From Podarcis liolepis (taxonomy: Eukaryota), in NCBI GenBank assembly GCA_965112155.1, contig OZ218103.1: a DNA stretch of 64,000 nucleotides; one strand, given 5' to 3'. This document shows, piece by piece, positions 13,560-25,125 of this stretch (within the stretch, counting starts at the first letter, position 1; each line of letters opens with the position of its first letter). The notes beneath the pieces were generated by a model. The model did no database searches. It had not been told where the DNA came from and worked only from the letters and a program-made list of their open reading frames with translations. Made by a program: the position numbers and the translations under genes.

Positions 13560-14860
13560 GTATATCCTGAATTCCCTGATGTGCATGTTAGGCAATGAAT
13601 CTGCATATGGAAGGAGTTCTATCCAATATGGGCCAAAATATGGACATTGCCTCCGCAGTGGTGGAGCTGGACCAAAGCAGGTGAACACATTAGGCAGTAG
13701 CATTTTTTCAGGAGATTCATTTAAGGAGAAGGAGGCGGCTATATTGTTTACCATAGCAGGAGGGATATGTATAAGGGGATGGCAAGAATTTTAGAGATAA
13801 GAGGTGATAAATCTATGTCAGTCTCACCTGGAGTACAGAGCATTTGTGGGGGCACCTTATCATAAGAGGCCAAACCCCATCACCAGGGCTGGATTACAAT
13901 TACTACAGAGCCAGGGATTATCCTATCAAACTCACTACTCTGATTCCCTAGATGCTATCCCAGTGTGTAGTGCTTAATATCAAGTAGCAACCACCACTTT
14001 ATCACATTATTTACAACCAGACAGATAACAATGCCTGAATATCTAGACCTGGCACATTTACTTATTTGAACTGATTTTTACAATTTCTTGGTCTGCTAAA
14101 AAAACCCCTCTATATAATTGCCAGGCAGCAAAAGGCACAGTGGCAGGCTAGCATACTCGAAGAATAATCCCAGGACACAATCTGGAATGCTTAGCCAAAA
14201 AGAATATTAAGAGAAACGGGTAGCTAGACAATATAAAACCAGGCATTCAAGAGATAAAAGAAAGGTAAAAGCTATATTAATCAAGCATTGACTTGGATAT
14301 AGATAGGAGGATTCAGGAACAGGGTAAAAAAATCCTCAACTTAATTAGCAGGTTCCAGGGATTTTGAGTCTATTACCCTTGATGACATATTTAGTCTTGT
14401 TCAATAGAGCAAAACCAACTTCTCCTCTTTGAAGCATGCGGCATTAAAGCCTCAAACATGATTACTGAAAATCCATGATTGAAGCCAGTGGACAATAAGG
14501 GTCATGAAAATGATGACATAGGAATCCAGGTGAATATATATGTTTATCAAATATATTAAAGTGCTTCAAAACACAAAAATTGAATATAAATTTAAATAGA
14601 AAGTAGACCAATTTACAACAGGTTTTGCTTGCTGAAATTGGAGAGAATCTTAACCTTTCTACAGGCACAAAACAGATGCAGTGTAAACTTTATGATGATA
14701 AATCAGTGATTTCTTGTTGGAATTTTGTCCATTATCATTGTTAGAGACCATTAATTATGAGGATGAGGTCCTGTGTATTCAATATTAGCAATTGTACAAA
14801 CTGATAAATCTAATAGTAGAAAATATGGCTATGATTTGATTCAAGAGAGATATAGAAGTT
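13560..14860 (+). mobile_element. Possible decayed L1-like ORF2 relic (endonuclease and linker)
   Basis: A-rich plus strand. AVAFFQEIHL resembles the EN motif I..LQETHL, followed by coiled-coil-like GIQEIKER...IDRRIQEQGKKILNL. Weak, motif-level only. Confidence 0.3.
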
Positions 14861-15243
14861 AATCTGTGGAATAAACTATGCCCACTTTTCTACATGATAC
14901 TAGAAGGTACTGCATCCTTAGAGTAAGTATACACATGTAACTTTGGCCCATTTGCCCCATCCAGCTGTTATTCTCTATCTTTAATAAATAGAGTAGGCTT
15001 GATGCTGTGTGGTTATCAGATGAGTTAAAGTGATCAGCTTCAGAATATTGACTATATAGAATCAGAAGTCCTTTTTTCATTTTGCCAAAGAACTTTTGAA
15101 TTGAAGCAGTATTATTGTACTTCCCTGGAAAGTAAACAGCTTGGAAAGTGTTTGCTTGCAGCTCAGAATGACTGAGGTCAAAGTCATGATAGCAAGATTA
15201 GGACAAATGTGAGCTTCCAGTAGTTGGGCACATGCATTGAGTA

Positions 15244-15877
15244 CAGTGGTGCCCCGCAAGACGAATGCCTCGCAAGACGGAAAACTCACTAGACGAAAGA
15301 GTTTTCCGTTTTGGAGGTGCTTCGCAAAACGAATCTCCTATGGGCTTGCTTCGCAAGACGACAATGTTTTGCGAGTTCCTGCTGGTTTTTCCCCCTCCCC
15401 CCCTTTTTCTAAGCCGCTAAGGCAGTGTGGTGTAGTGGTTAAGAGCGGTAGTCTCGTAATCTGGGGAACTGGGTTCGCGTCTCCGTTCCTCCACATGCAG
15501 CTGCTGGGTGACCTTGGGCCAGTCACACTTCTTTGAAGTCTCTCAGCCCCACTCACCTCACAGAGTGTTTGTTGTGAGGGAGGAAGGGAAAGGAGAATGT
15601 TAGCCGCTTTGAGACTCCTTAAAGGGAGTGAAAGGTGGGATATCAAATCCAAACTCCTCTTCTTCTTCTTCTTCTTATCAGCTGATCCGATCAGCAGATA
15701 AGCCGCTAAAAGCAGCTAATAGCGCTAAGCCGCTTATCAGCTGATCCGATCAGCAGATAAGCCTCTAAAAGCCGCTAATCCGCTAATCCTTCAATGGGCT
15801 TGCTTCGCAAGACAAAAAAAACCGCTAGACGAAGAGAATCACAGAACGGATTCTTTTCGTCTTGCAAGGCACCACTG
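15244..15877. mobile_element. Tc1/mariner (Tigger/pogo-like) MITE carrying a nested SINE
   Basis: TA TSDs at 15242-43 and 15878-79. TIRs cagtggtgccccgcaagacgaa / ttcgtcttgcaaggcaccactg. Same family as 43883-44169. Confidence 0.92.
15421..15675 (+). mobile_element. tRNA-derived CORE SINE (Squam3-type) with (CTT)n tail
   Basis: A box tggtgtagtgg, B-box-like ggttcgcgtct, core gggtgaccttgggccagtcac...cacctcacagagtg, L2-type tail ttagccgctttgagactcct, then (TCT)n. Confidence 0.88.
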
Positions 15878-18800
15878 TACATTTAGGGATAGAGTCAACT
15901 AGGACTTCTATCCTAGTTGGTAAACAGTTACACCAACACCCACACCCACACACATAGCCATGAAAAACATGAGGGGACTACGGCCAAAGTGGGATGATGT
16001 AAACACAGCCATATCTCCAGATAGCCAGGCTGACAGCCACACAAATAATTTTTACTGCTTTCCTCCATTCAAGTTTCTCAGTATAACCAGATAGGGAAGC
16101 TCTAGCAGCCCAGCTTGCACCAGCTCCTACTGACTGTGAGGCAAGGCAAATTGTCATTTCCAAACGAGGCTTTGCTGCTGGCTCTTCTAGAGAAACTCTT
16201 TTTTGTTGGGTCAAGGATTTGGGGCCTCTTAAAATCGCAGATGACTGTTAAAGCCCTGAGCTGGAGTTCTGAACTTCAGAGAGAGATTTTCTCTTAAAAG
16301 TGCTGTGAATTATTATGTTGCTTTCCCCCACATTGCATTGTGAATAGATTACCTGAGGTTTTGCCCTTCTCGTGAAGCCATAGACTTTTCCTCAGAAAAA
16401 GAATAACAGCTTGCAACTTAGCCAGCCCATCATATGTCTGTGTTGCTGTGAACTGAAGAGAAATACTGTGAGAAATGAAAAGGGGGAAATGTTTTGTGCT
16501 TCAGGGAGGAGGTACTGTAACAGGCAATGGCAAAAAGCAAAAGAAATTATTCACAGCACTTTAACAGAAAAGGTCTCCAAAGACTAGAATTCTTAGACTT
16601 CAGGCTTTTACAGAGAGTTCGGATTTGCGAATGAAACCGTTCTTTGACTAAACCAAAATAGCTTTTGTAGAGGACATACGTGCACAACAGAGATTAACGC
16701 CAGGGAGAGCAAGTCAATTAAACTATGGGAGACACAGAGGAATGATGTGTTTGTCAAGGCTGGTTCCTGGGGCATTGCACTACTTCCGCCTCTCAAGAGA
16801 ATCTGCAGAGTCTTCCTCTCTAGGCCAGGCCAAAATCAGCCAATGTTTTTGTTCACAGAAAGCTTGTATTGATGCTTAGTGCATCATTAATAAATTATAT
16901 TGCCTTGCCAATCCTTCTAGGCAGTGGATTGCAACTATAGACCGTCTGTTAGAATTGGCACAAACTGACCTATCACCAGCAGAGTGTGTTTAACAGTGAA
17001 CAGGTTTTTGAGCTTAACAGCGAAGTACTAAAAATGTCAGCTCAGAAGTAAACCCTATTGGCTTCAGTGGGGCTTACTTCAAGGTAAATGGATATTGGAT
17101 TGCATGCAGACTCAGCAGTGCAGAGAATGTTTAAAAAAACACTAATGACCCTCTTCCCAATTATTTTGTCCTACTTGTACAATTCTTGAAATAATGGGGG
17201 AAGGGTGATTAAATTTGATGTGGGGGCTGAAAGTGGGCCAGGCCAGGGCTCTCTATCTGGCCCCTGAGACTCTCCTCAGGCCATACTGTTTACCAGTCTC
17301 AAGTGTTTTTGCCTGACTGGAATGTGTCCTTGAACTATGATAATGCCTCCAGCTTGCCTGGATGAAGAGAGATGTGTGGGTGGTCATTTATTCAGAAACT
17401 TACTCATTATTTTGTGACATTCCTAATATAAGCCTTGCTGTTGATTTTAGATTAGTAGTAGTAAACGTATTACGGTGCAGTGTGGAATCAGCTCATAATT
17501 TACCATCTTTCTTGAAAAATTCTCAGAAAAATGTTCATATTTTTCAAAGAATTATATCCCAGCTCAAAATAATAATGTCAGCACATGTCCATTGAAGCCT
17601 TATCATTTTCATCTGTTTTTCCTTAAAGTTCTGTATACTGATCACAGCACGGAGTTGTGCATTCTGCATGATATTGACACAGTTAAGGAAAATTCACAAG
17701 CTTCGGGGGTAAGAGTGCTGTGCAATCCCTGAGTTTGTCCAAGCTTAGGGAAGCTCCCCGATCCAAATGAGCTGGAGTTTAGGCTTCTTTCTTTTTATAT
17801 ACTCTTTAAGAACTTTTCCCTAGCATGATGTGACTAATAAAACCCCTGCCGCCAGCTCTAACTTCAGACACCAGTAAGACCCCTGCCCTAGTCCTGCTCT
17901 CCGGTCTAATTATTTTCATATTGACCAGGGAGTTTTGAGCAGATAAATTCAGGGATTGCCGAGTTGCCTTGCTCCCCAGGCTTGGGTAGCTATGCCATAT
18001 GGAACTGCACATTTCCCTTTAAAAAATTGTTCTTAAGGGCTTCTGCACAAGTCTGCCTGAACTATCATTAATAGTACTTGGACTAACCCCCCCCCCGGCA
18101 AAAAAAACCTCCACTTGATTATCTATTTTGCAATTTGCTTAGTTCAGTTGAACATACCTTGGCACAAATTCTGCCTGGACAGTCTTGATGGTGATCACAC
18201 ATAGGTAGAATTTTATTTTACATTTCAATCCAAAGAACTTCTCAGGGAAATGATGATCAGTTTGTAATATAATCCAGAAGAACCAGTATCGTGAAAGCTG
18301 TAATTATGGACCCTACAGTGACATCACTTGGTAAAATATAAAATTAACATACAAAGTCACAAAATATTGTTTTCTGCTGAACTGAAAACTTGTTATAGTC
18401 TGATCTTATCTTTCCTTATTGCTCCGTGGTCTGCTTTGAATCCCACTATCCTCTTTCCTGTTTTTTGTTGCCTCTCTGCTCATTCCTTCCTTGTAATAAT
18501 TACACATAGATTCTAAACCTCTGATAGAGTTTTAACAAAAAGATTTGTAAATCTCTGATCTAATAAAAATTAAGTTGATGTTTTACCTATAATTTGCCTT
18601 TGTGACTGATAGTTGTTGGCATAGTGTGACCCTGATAAACCTTTCTTTCTGTCTCAGCCGTCTTCTTGTTGCTGCAAACAGACACAAATTACCCTCATTT
18701 CGGGGGGGGCCTTCATTGTTGAAATCAATACAACATGAATGGAAAAACTCAAATTATTAGAACTCTATTTTCCTCTTTTCAGTAATGGTGCTGGGAAGAA

Positions 18801-19159
18801 TTGATTGAGCTTTGGTGTTGCATTTTAAACAGCCATTCCCACGCAGTTTGTTCATATATATTTTTTCTGGTGCCTTCTTTTTTGTAGTGAAACTTCAAGA
18901 CCCATTTATGATGAACAAATACAAATGGCAGTCTTGAATACTGCTTGTGGTGTTTGGTAATGTAAGACCTCTCATCATAGCTATTACCTTAGCTGTATGA
19001 TAATGGAAATAGCTGTGCTTGGGAACCAAGAATTTATTACAGCAACAGTGCAGTACTATGCTGTGCATGGGTGTTGGTTTGCTAAAGGCAGCGTGGAGAC
19101 TGATGGAGATGGTATTGCTGTTGCATTGAATTGATAAAGCAGCACTATTCACCATACTT

Positions 19160-19881
19160 CACTTGCTAGGCAGGAGTAACTGGCTTCACAAATGTAAGAT
19201 GGGGGACACATGGTTTGCTAGTAATACATGTGAAAAGGATCTAGGGGTCTTAACATGCTTAACATGAGTCAACAGTGTGATGCAGTAACAAAAAAGGTTA
19301 ATGCTATTCTAGACTCCTTCAACAGAAGTATAGTGTCCACATCAAGGGAAGTAATAGTACCACTCTTTTCTGCCTTGGTCAGACCACACCTGGAATACTG
19401 TGTCCAATTCTGGGCACAATTTAAGAAGGATGTTGACAAGCTGGAACGTGTGCAGAGGAGGGCAAACGAAATGACCTGGCACCTGGAAACCAAGCCATAT
19501 GAGGAATGGTTGAGGGAGTTGGTAAGTTTAGATTGGAAAAGAGGAGAGTGAGAGGAGATATGATAGCTATCTCAGATATCTGAAGGGCTGTCACATGGAA
19601 GATGGAGCAAGCTTGTTTTCTCCTGCTCCAGAAGCTTGGATCCGAAACAGTGGTTTCAAGTTACAAGAAAGGAGATTTTGACTAAACATATGGAAAAACA
19701 TTCTGACAGTAAGAGCTGTTTGACAGTGGATTGAACTCCCATGGGAGGGTGTGGACTCTCCTTCCTTGGAGGTTTTTAAGCAGAGGTTGGATGTCTATCT
19801 GTCATGGATATTTTAGTTGAGATCCCCACATTGCAGAGTGTTGGACTAGATCAGGGTTCTTTCCAACTTTATCATTCTATG
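19160..19881 (+). mobile_element. 5'-truncated CR1 LINE (ORF2 C-terminus and 3' UTR)
   Basis: Peptide [49 protein letters not shown] is the canonical CR1 ORF2 C-terminal region. Ends ttggactagat...ttccaac...attctatg. Confidence 0.95.
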
Positions 19882-20229
19882 CTAGGTGTAATGTAGATTG
19901 GAACATACCAGCCAAGCGAGGGCAGAAGCTATTTTATCCTGAACTTGAGAGAATTAGAATAGACTTTGCATCGCATCTTCCCAGCCTTACTCAGAACAGT
20001 GCAGCAAGCCACAAAGAGGATAATAGAGAAATGTCCACATTTTCAAACCTCAATAACCATCTTGGTGTGGAAATATATATGATACAGTATTTCATTAGCC
20101 ACGTAGTTCTTTTTTATTATTCAACTCCTCTAAGTCTTGCTGAGAATTTCGCATAGATCATACGGCATTGCAATTGGGTCTTCTAGGAGGGAGTTCCATA
20201 ACGGTTGCTCAGGAGCTGTATGGAAGTCT

Positions 20230-20490
20230 CAAACTTTATTTAGGTAACCGACCAACATAAAATGAATCAGACAGATAAACTGAACTTAAAACAGGTAAGG
20301 GGTAAAAACTAGTAGTTAAAAGGTGATTATATCATACATAAGTTAAAAAGATAGAAACAAAGGCAAACTGTTAAAAGCGACTATAAGGGCAGGAGCATGA
20401 AGGAGCCCAGGTCTTGCATTTCTGGCGCAAAGCATCTTTCAACAAAAATCTATCATGGCAGTGCAGAATCTGGCAACTGAGTATGTAAAG
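20230..20490 (-). mobile_element. Short LINE 3' fragment (RTE-X/L2-like clade uncertain)
   Basis: Minus strand reads TYSVARFCTAMI (recalled T..VA(K/R)FC C-terminal motif), then a T-rich UTR ending ttttatgttggtcggttacctaaataaa. Confidence 0.5.
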
Positions 20491-20545
20491 GCTTCTTGGC
20501 CTTTACACTTGCTAAGATCAAGTGTAGTATCTGACTCTCTATCAG
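20491..20545 (+). pseudogene. RNU2: U2 snRNA 5' fragment (about nt 4-52), rearranged
   Basis: gcttcttggccttt[acactt]gctaagatcaagtgtagtatctg...tatcag versus U2 GCTTCTCGGCCTTTTGGCTAAGATCAAGTGTAGTATCTGTTCTTATCAG. There is a 23-nt exact match (20511-20533) that includes the GTAGTA branch-point recognition sequence. The Sm site and 3' half are absent. Confidence 0.85.
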
Positions 20546-20627
20546 ATATTCACACTTCCACTGAACAGTCAAAGAACAACACTAACAGATTAGCAGGCAA
20601 TTGTTTCCATATTTAATTTATGTCATA

Positions 20628-20872
20628 CAGTAGTACCTTGGTTTTCAAACAAGAATGCATTCTGAAAGTCTGTTTGACTTCCAAAACATTTGGAAACCAA
20701 GGTGTGGCTTCCAATTGACTGCAGGAGCGTCCTGCATCCAATTGGAAGCCACGGAAGTCGCGCCAGACGTTTGGCTTCCGAGGCAAAGTTTGCAAACCGG
20801 AACACCTACTTCCGGGTTTATGACGTTTGAGTTGTTCGTGAACTAAGTTGTTTGAAAACCAAGGTATGACTA
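20628..20872. mobile_element. Tc1/mariner MITE
   Basis: TA flanks. TIRs cagtagtaccttggttttcaaacaa / ttgtttgaaaaccaaggtatgacta. Internal palindrome tggcttccaattg...caattggaagcca. Confidence 0.88.
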
Positions 20873-21104
20873 TATTACATCTGCTACCTGTTTTAACTTT
20901 TGTAATTCGTTTACTAATGCCAGGTACATTTGTGCTACTATCAACACTGCTTTGTGAATGGTCACTATGACGATTTTACATGCATGTAAGTTTTAACATA
21001 ATGGTCACAGACTCGTGTTGTTTGCATTTCATTTCCTTCTGTCCTCACTGATTACAGTTTACCCCTTCAACAATCGTGTGTTTGTAGACATATATAATGC
21101 TGAA

Positions 21105-21185
21105 TTCATCTAATGAAGTGGATTCTTGCCCAAAAAAGTATTCCATAATAAATTTATTAATTATTAAGGTGCCAAAAACTCTTGG
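21105..21185 (+). mobile_element. Penelope-like terminal fragment, decayed
   Basis: tctaatgaagtgga...ccaaaaaag...ataataaatt...taaggtgcca resembles the recalled amniote Penelope terminus ctgatgaagtg...cgaaagct...aataaa...taaggtgccac. Confidence 0.5.
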
Positions 21186-21209
21186 GCATGTTAGCACATA
21201 ACTATAAGT

Positions 21210-21343
21210 CTAGAGTGATGAAACTGTAACCCTCCAGGTGCTGTTGGACTACAACTATCATCCCTGACCATTGATCATGCTGGTTGGAACTGATGGGATT
21301 TGTGGCTTTCTGACTGTTTTTGGAATACAAGTTCCCCATCCCT
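21210..21343. mobile_element. Short hAT-type MITE
   Basis: ccctccag.tg.tgttggactacaact.tcatccctgacca...gatgggatttgtgg...gttccccatccctg; same family as 27853. Confidence 0.65.
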
Positions 21344-21359
21344 GCTATAAGCTATGAAT

Positions 21360-22300
21360 TAAGCCTTAATAAACCTAAATGTGAAAAAGCAGCATATTGG
21401 TGCATGCAGTCCATTCATTCCTCCCTTTGTGTAAACTGGGTATGGATTATTTTGTGCTATGTCTGAATCTTGTTTGTTGCTCCCAAGCAAGCCAGAATTC
21501 GTAAGTCAACCACAAACTCCAGTTTAAGGGTTATAGTCCTGGCTTGTTTGGCAACAACAAACCAGAATCCTTGCTTCAGACATCATATGAAACTATTCAT
21601 TCCTGGTTTATCTGCTCATGCAATGAGGGAAAGAAAAGGCTGCAAGCACTATCATGTTGCTCATTTAATAAACCAAGTGTGGCCTTTGTTGGTTTTTGCT
21701 GCAATAGATGAACATAGCTACCGCTCTGAAAACTAAGCTCTGTTGTTCTGCAGTTAAAAACCTCTGGTGGGTCAGCACCTTGGTCTGGATAAGTGACTAG
21801 ACTATCAATTCTATGTGCATATTTTCCTTTCATGGCTCATTTTCAGATTTTGGTCCCTGGATCTTAGGTATCCATTTTTCGAAGAAGAGGATGAGAGTTT
21901 TTCTCAGCACATCTGAAAGGCTAATAATACAAGATTGTTGAGATGCCTATGATTCTCCAGACTGAGTTATTTCTCAGACAGTGTGACCTGGGATTCTACA
22001 GAGGATAGTCTGCCCTCCTGTTTCTCAGTACTATCTGCAGAGAGATGATCTGTTTGCTACCTCTGTGTCGTTTTCAACTAACTCTTTGATTTGATTGCTG
22101 ATTATGGTCAGATTACTTTAAAAATGTTCTGGAATTTTCTGAAATGAGATTCTAGCCCAAGTAATAGGTTACCTGTTATTTTCTTTGGTATTTGTGACCC
22201 CCATCTCATAGTGTGTTGATTAGGTTCTCCCTTTTCTCATTTTGTGGCTATGTTCGTTTCTTCTGGTCTAGTTCCCGTTATATTTTGAAGCGACCATTAG
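21360..22300 (-). mobile_element. Decayed L1-like ORF1 relic
   Basis: Minus strand: RLSSVESQV...LENHRHLNNL (~DLENRSRRNN), LILFFEKWIPKI, then YAHRI (~ERAHR), in the order expected for vertebrate L1 ORF1p. Confidence 0.55.
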
Positions 22301-23276
22301 TGAAGAGCCTGACCAATAGATCAGGGTCAATCCATGATCAGCTAATAGATAAAACGATTTTGTTGGGGAAAGAACAATGACTTACAGAGAAATCAGTTAA
22401 GTGAGCTCTCACAATATTTCAGGCAAGGTAGGGAGGAACAGAGTTTTGTCCAAATGTCTCCTGGCATGTTTGAGTAGAGCACAGGTGAGGACCTGCAGCC
22501 CTCAGCCTAGCTGCACACAGCTGAGGGGAGCCCTCAGGGGCCTGGGGCTGTTTCTTCAATGTTTTAAGAGGAAATGAGAAAATACAAGGGTTAATTTTCA
22601 TTGCAATGCAATATCTACCATGAATTGTACGGCTGATTCAAAAATCCATTGCACGGTTTGGTTTAGTATTGTAGCCATTTATTGTACAATTCCTAATAAG
22701 TGGCTTGAGGCTTATTATGGATTTAATTGAGATGCTCAGGCCATTTTACAGTGCCTCAGGTGTCAAACATCTATTTTCCTGTTTAGTTGGTAACTGTTTC
22801 TCAGAGACTAGTATGCGCTAATTACAGATGCATATTGAATCTTTTGTGGAAAGTTCTGTCTTGTTTAAACAAGACTGTTAGGCTACAACAGTGTGGACGG
22901 ATTGCTGAAGGAGGATAGGAAGGTTGCAGAATTATTACAATCGGTCTTTACCATGGAAGAAGTTGAACAGATACTCTGCCTGAACAAGTATTTTGATGGA
23001 GAGCATTTAAAGCACCAAGTTGAAAAGAGGTGACAAGGAATGAAATTCTAAGGCTAATTGACAGATTAAAAATCTCTGTCATTGGATCTGGATGGCATAC
23101 ACCCAAGAGTTCTTAAATCAAGTGTGAAATTGCTGATCTTCTTTTAAAATATGTTTTAGGTTGTCGCTAATATCAGATTCCGTACCTATGGATAAAAAGG
23201 TACACTGACATAATGTCATTTTTTTGAAAAAGATCCAAACGTGGCAGGCAGGCCCCAGGTAAATGGCTAGAAAGGA

Positions 23277-23520
23277 TTAGTTGTTGGCATCTATCTTGGG
23301 AGAAAATGGAAGACTGCACTTTCTGGGCGCACAGTCAAACAGCTGGAGAGTTACAGCACCTGCTGTGACTGTAAAAACTGATATGGGAGAGACATGTCTT
23401 GTTGCAGCTAGGGCAGATGACGGCATCTGCTTGTGTTGATGCATGTGTACCATGGCGTTTCTTTTTTCTGCGCTCCTCACAGTTATCATTCCTCCTTTGG
23501 TTACATGACCTGACTGAAGT
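23277..23520 (-). mobile_element. RTE-clade LINE 3' end
   Basis: EERRKKKR...VICPSCNKTCLSHISFYSHSRCCNS zinc motif (ORF 23335-23565) and terminal gatgccaacaac. Confidence 0.8.
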
Positions 23521-24349
23521 CTGACCCACAAAACAGGCAAAGTTGGAGTGATGGTAAGAGAGCAATAGCTGTGAATAACCTAGCTCCCTTTAAGCATCCA
23601 GGTATTAAATCTACATAATTAAATCTCTCTGTGTAAACAGTTGGTTGCATGCTTAGTTAGAAAAGTATTAACATGCCTGTTTTGTATATTCTGTATGGTT
23701 TTTCTCAGTTTTCGTTCTGTGTGGTTTTTCTCACTTTTAGAAACATTCTCTTTTAGGTTAGGTTGCATTTGCTTTGCCCTTTTGGAATTCCAAAGACTGC
23801 ACCCGAAGACTTCTAAAAGATCCAAGCCTTTTAAAGACCCAAAACTTCTAAAAAGATCAGAGAGTAGCTGCCCTACAATGTAACTTTGCTTGCTGCACAA
23901 GTTTATTATCTAAAATTGTTACAGTTTGGAGGGTTTATGTTTACAAGCATATATGGAATACAATCTGTAAGGGATTCTTATGAATTTAAGAAGTGCCGTG
24001 TATGATCAAGTCCTCTCTGCGCCCCCTACTCCCAGCGTTCAAGAGCTAAGGCTTTTTGAAACTAACACTTCTGCCCCCTTCCTTAATAACTGACCTTTTG
24101 TTACCTAATAGAGTTGTTGAATCCCCCCTTTAGACCTATTTGGCAGTGTTAATTCAACTCTGCTTTGTAGTTAGCTTTATCTCTTTCCTGCAGCTGTGTC
24201 TTATGCTCTCAGTTCTCTTTTGTCTATTGCTGGTCTCCATTTCCAGACCAGCTATTTTTTGTTCTCCCGTAGCATTCTAAGAAGCAACCCTCGTATGCCC
24301 TCATGCTCTTGTGTTCATGCTTTGCAGCACAGTGGGCTCATTGTACCTT

Positions 24350-24838
24350 CATAGAATCACAGACTCTTAGAGTTGGAAGGGACCCAAGAGTCATCTAGTC
24401 CATCCCCTCAGTTTCTTCAAGTAATTTATGAAGGCATTGAGCAACAACAGGCCCAGGACAGAACCCTGTGGCATCCCACTAGTCACTTTTTTCCAGGATG
24501 ATGTGGAGCCATTAATGAGTACTCTTTGGGTTCAGTCAGCCAATCTTATACAAATCCACCTAACAGTTACCTCGTTCAACCCACATTTTACCAGCTTTCT
24601 CGTGGGAGTATTGTGGGGGACTTTGTTAAAAGCCTTACGGAAATCAAGATACAGTATGTCCACAGCATTTCCCTGATCCACCAAGTTTGTAATTTCATCA
24701 AAAACAGAAATCGGATTGGTCTGGCATGACTTAGTTTTGCGAAATCCATGCTGGGTCTTAGCTATCACAGCATCCTTTTTCTAAATGCTCACAGACTGAC
24801 TGTTGAATTATCTGTTCTAGGACCTTCCCTGGTATTGA
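24350..24838 (-). mobile_element. CR1 LINE fragment: RT core abutting a CR1-type 3' tail
   Basis: QHGFRKTKSCQTN...VDILYLDFRKAFNKVPH and GMPQGSVLG motifs at 24415-24838. Tail atagaatc...gagttggaagggaccc...catctagtcca at 24350-24408. Confidence 0.92.
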
Positions 24839-24857
24839 TTATAGCTTAATAATACAG

Positions 24858-25000
24858 CACCTGGCATGTTCAGGTAGGCAAGAGAAAGAAAAAAGATTCC
24901 TCCCTTAAGCTGTTGGAGAGCTGCTGCACACCAATATCAACAGTACTGAGCTACATGGACCCAATGGTCTTAAGTCAGTATTAAGTAGCTTTCTATGTTT
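24858..25000 (+). mobile_element. SINE body with CR1-type tail, decayed
   Basis: ttggagagctgctgc...cagtactgagcta.atggaccc.atggtct...agtattaag.agcttt.ctatgtt; reverse-complement relative of 29228-29403. Confidence 0.55.
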
Positions 25001-25125
25001 TTGTACATTCTTCCCATACCTGTAACTGCCAGGTACAGCAGTGACATATCTAGTCTAAAATGGAAGGAAGATAAGTGGTAACAAAGCAAGACATATTCAG
25101 AGAGGGATTCAGCAGAGCTCTAAGG

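Noticed and set aside
13626-13685. GQNMDIASAVVELDQSR* resembles bornavirus nucleoprotein GHEKDIRQNAVALLDQSRR, suggesting an endogenous viral element
   Set aside because: The similarity covers under 20 aa and does not extend either way. The adjacent FFQEIHL motif fits an L1 endonuclease better. A TBLASTN search would settle it.
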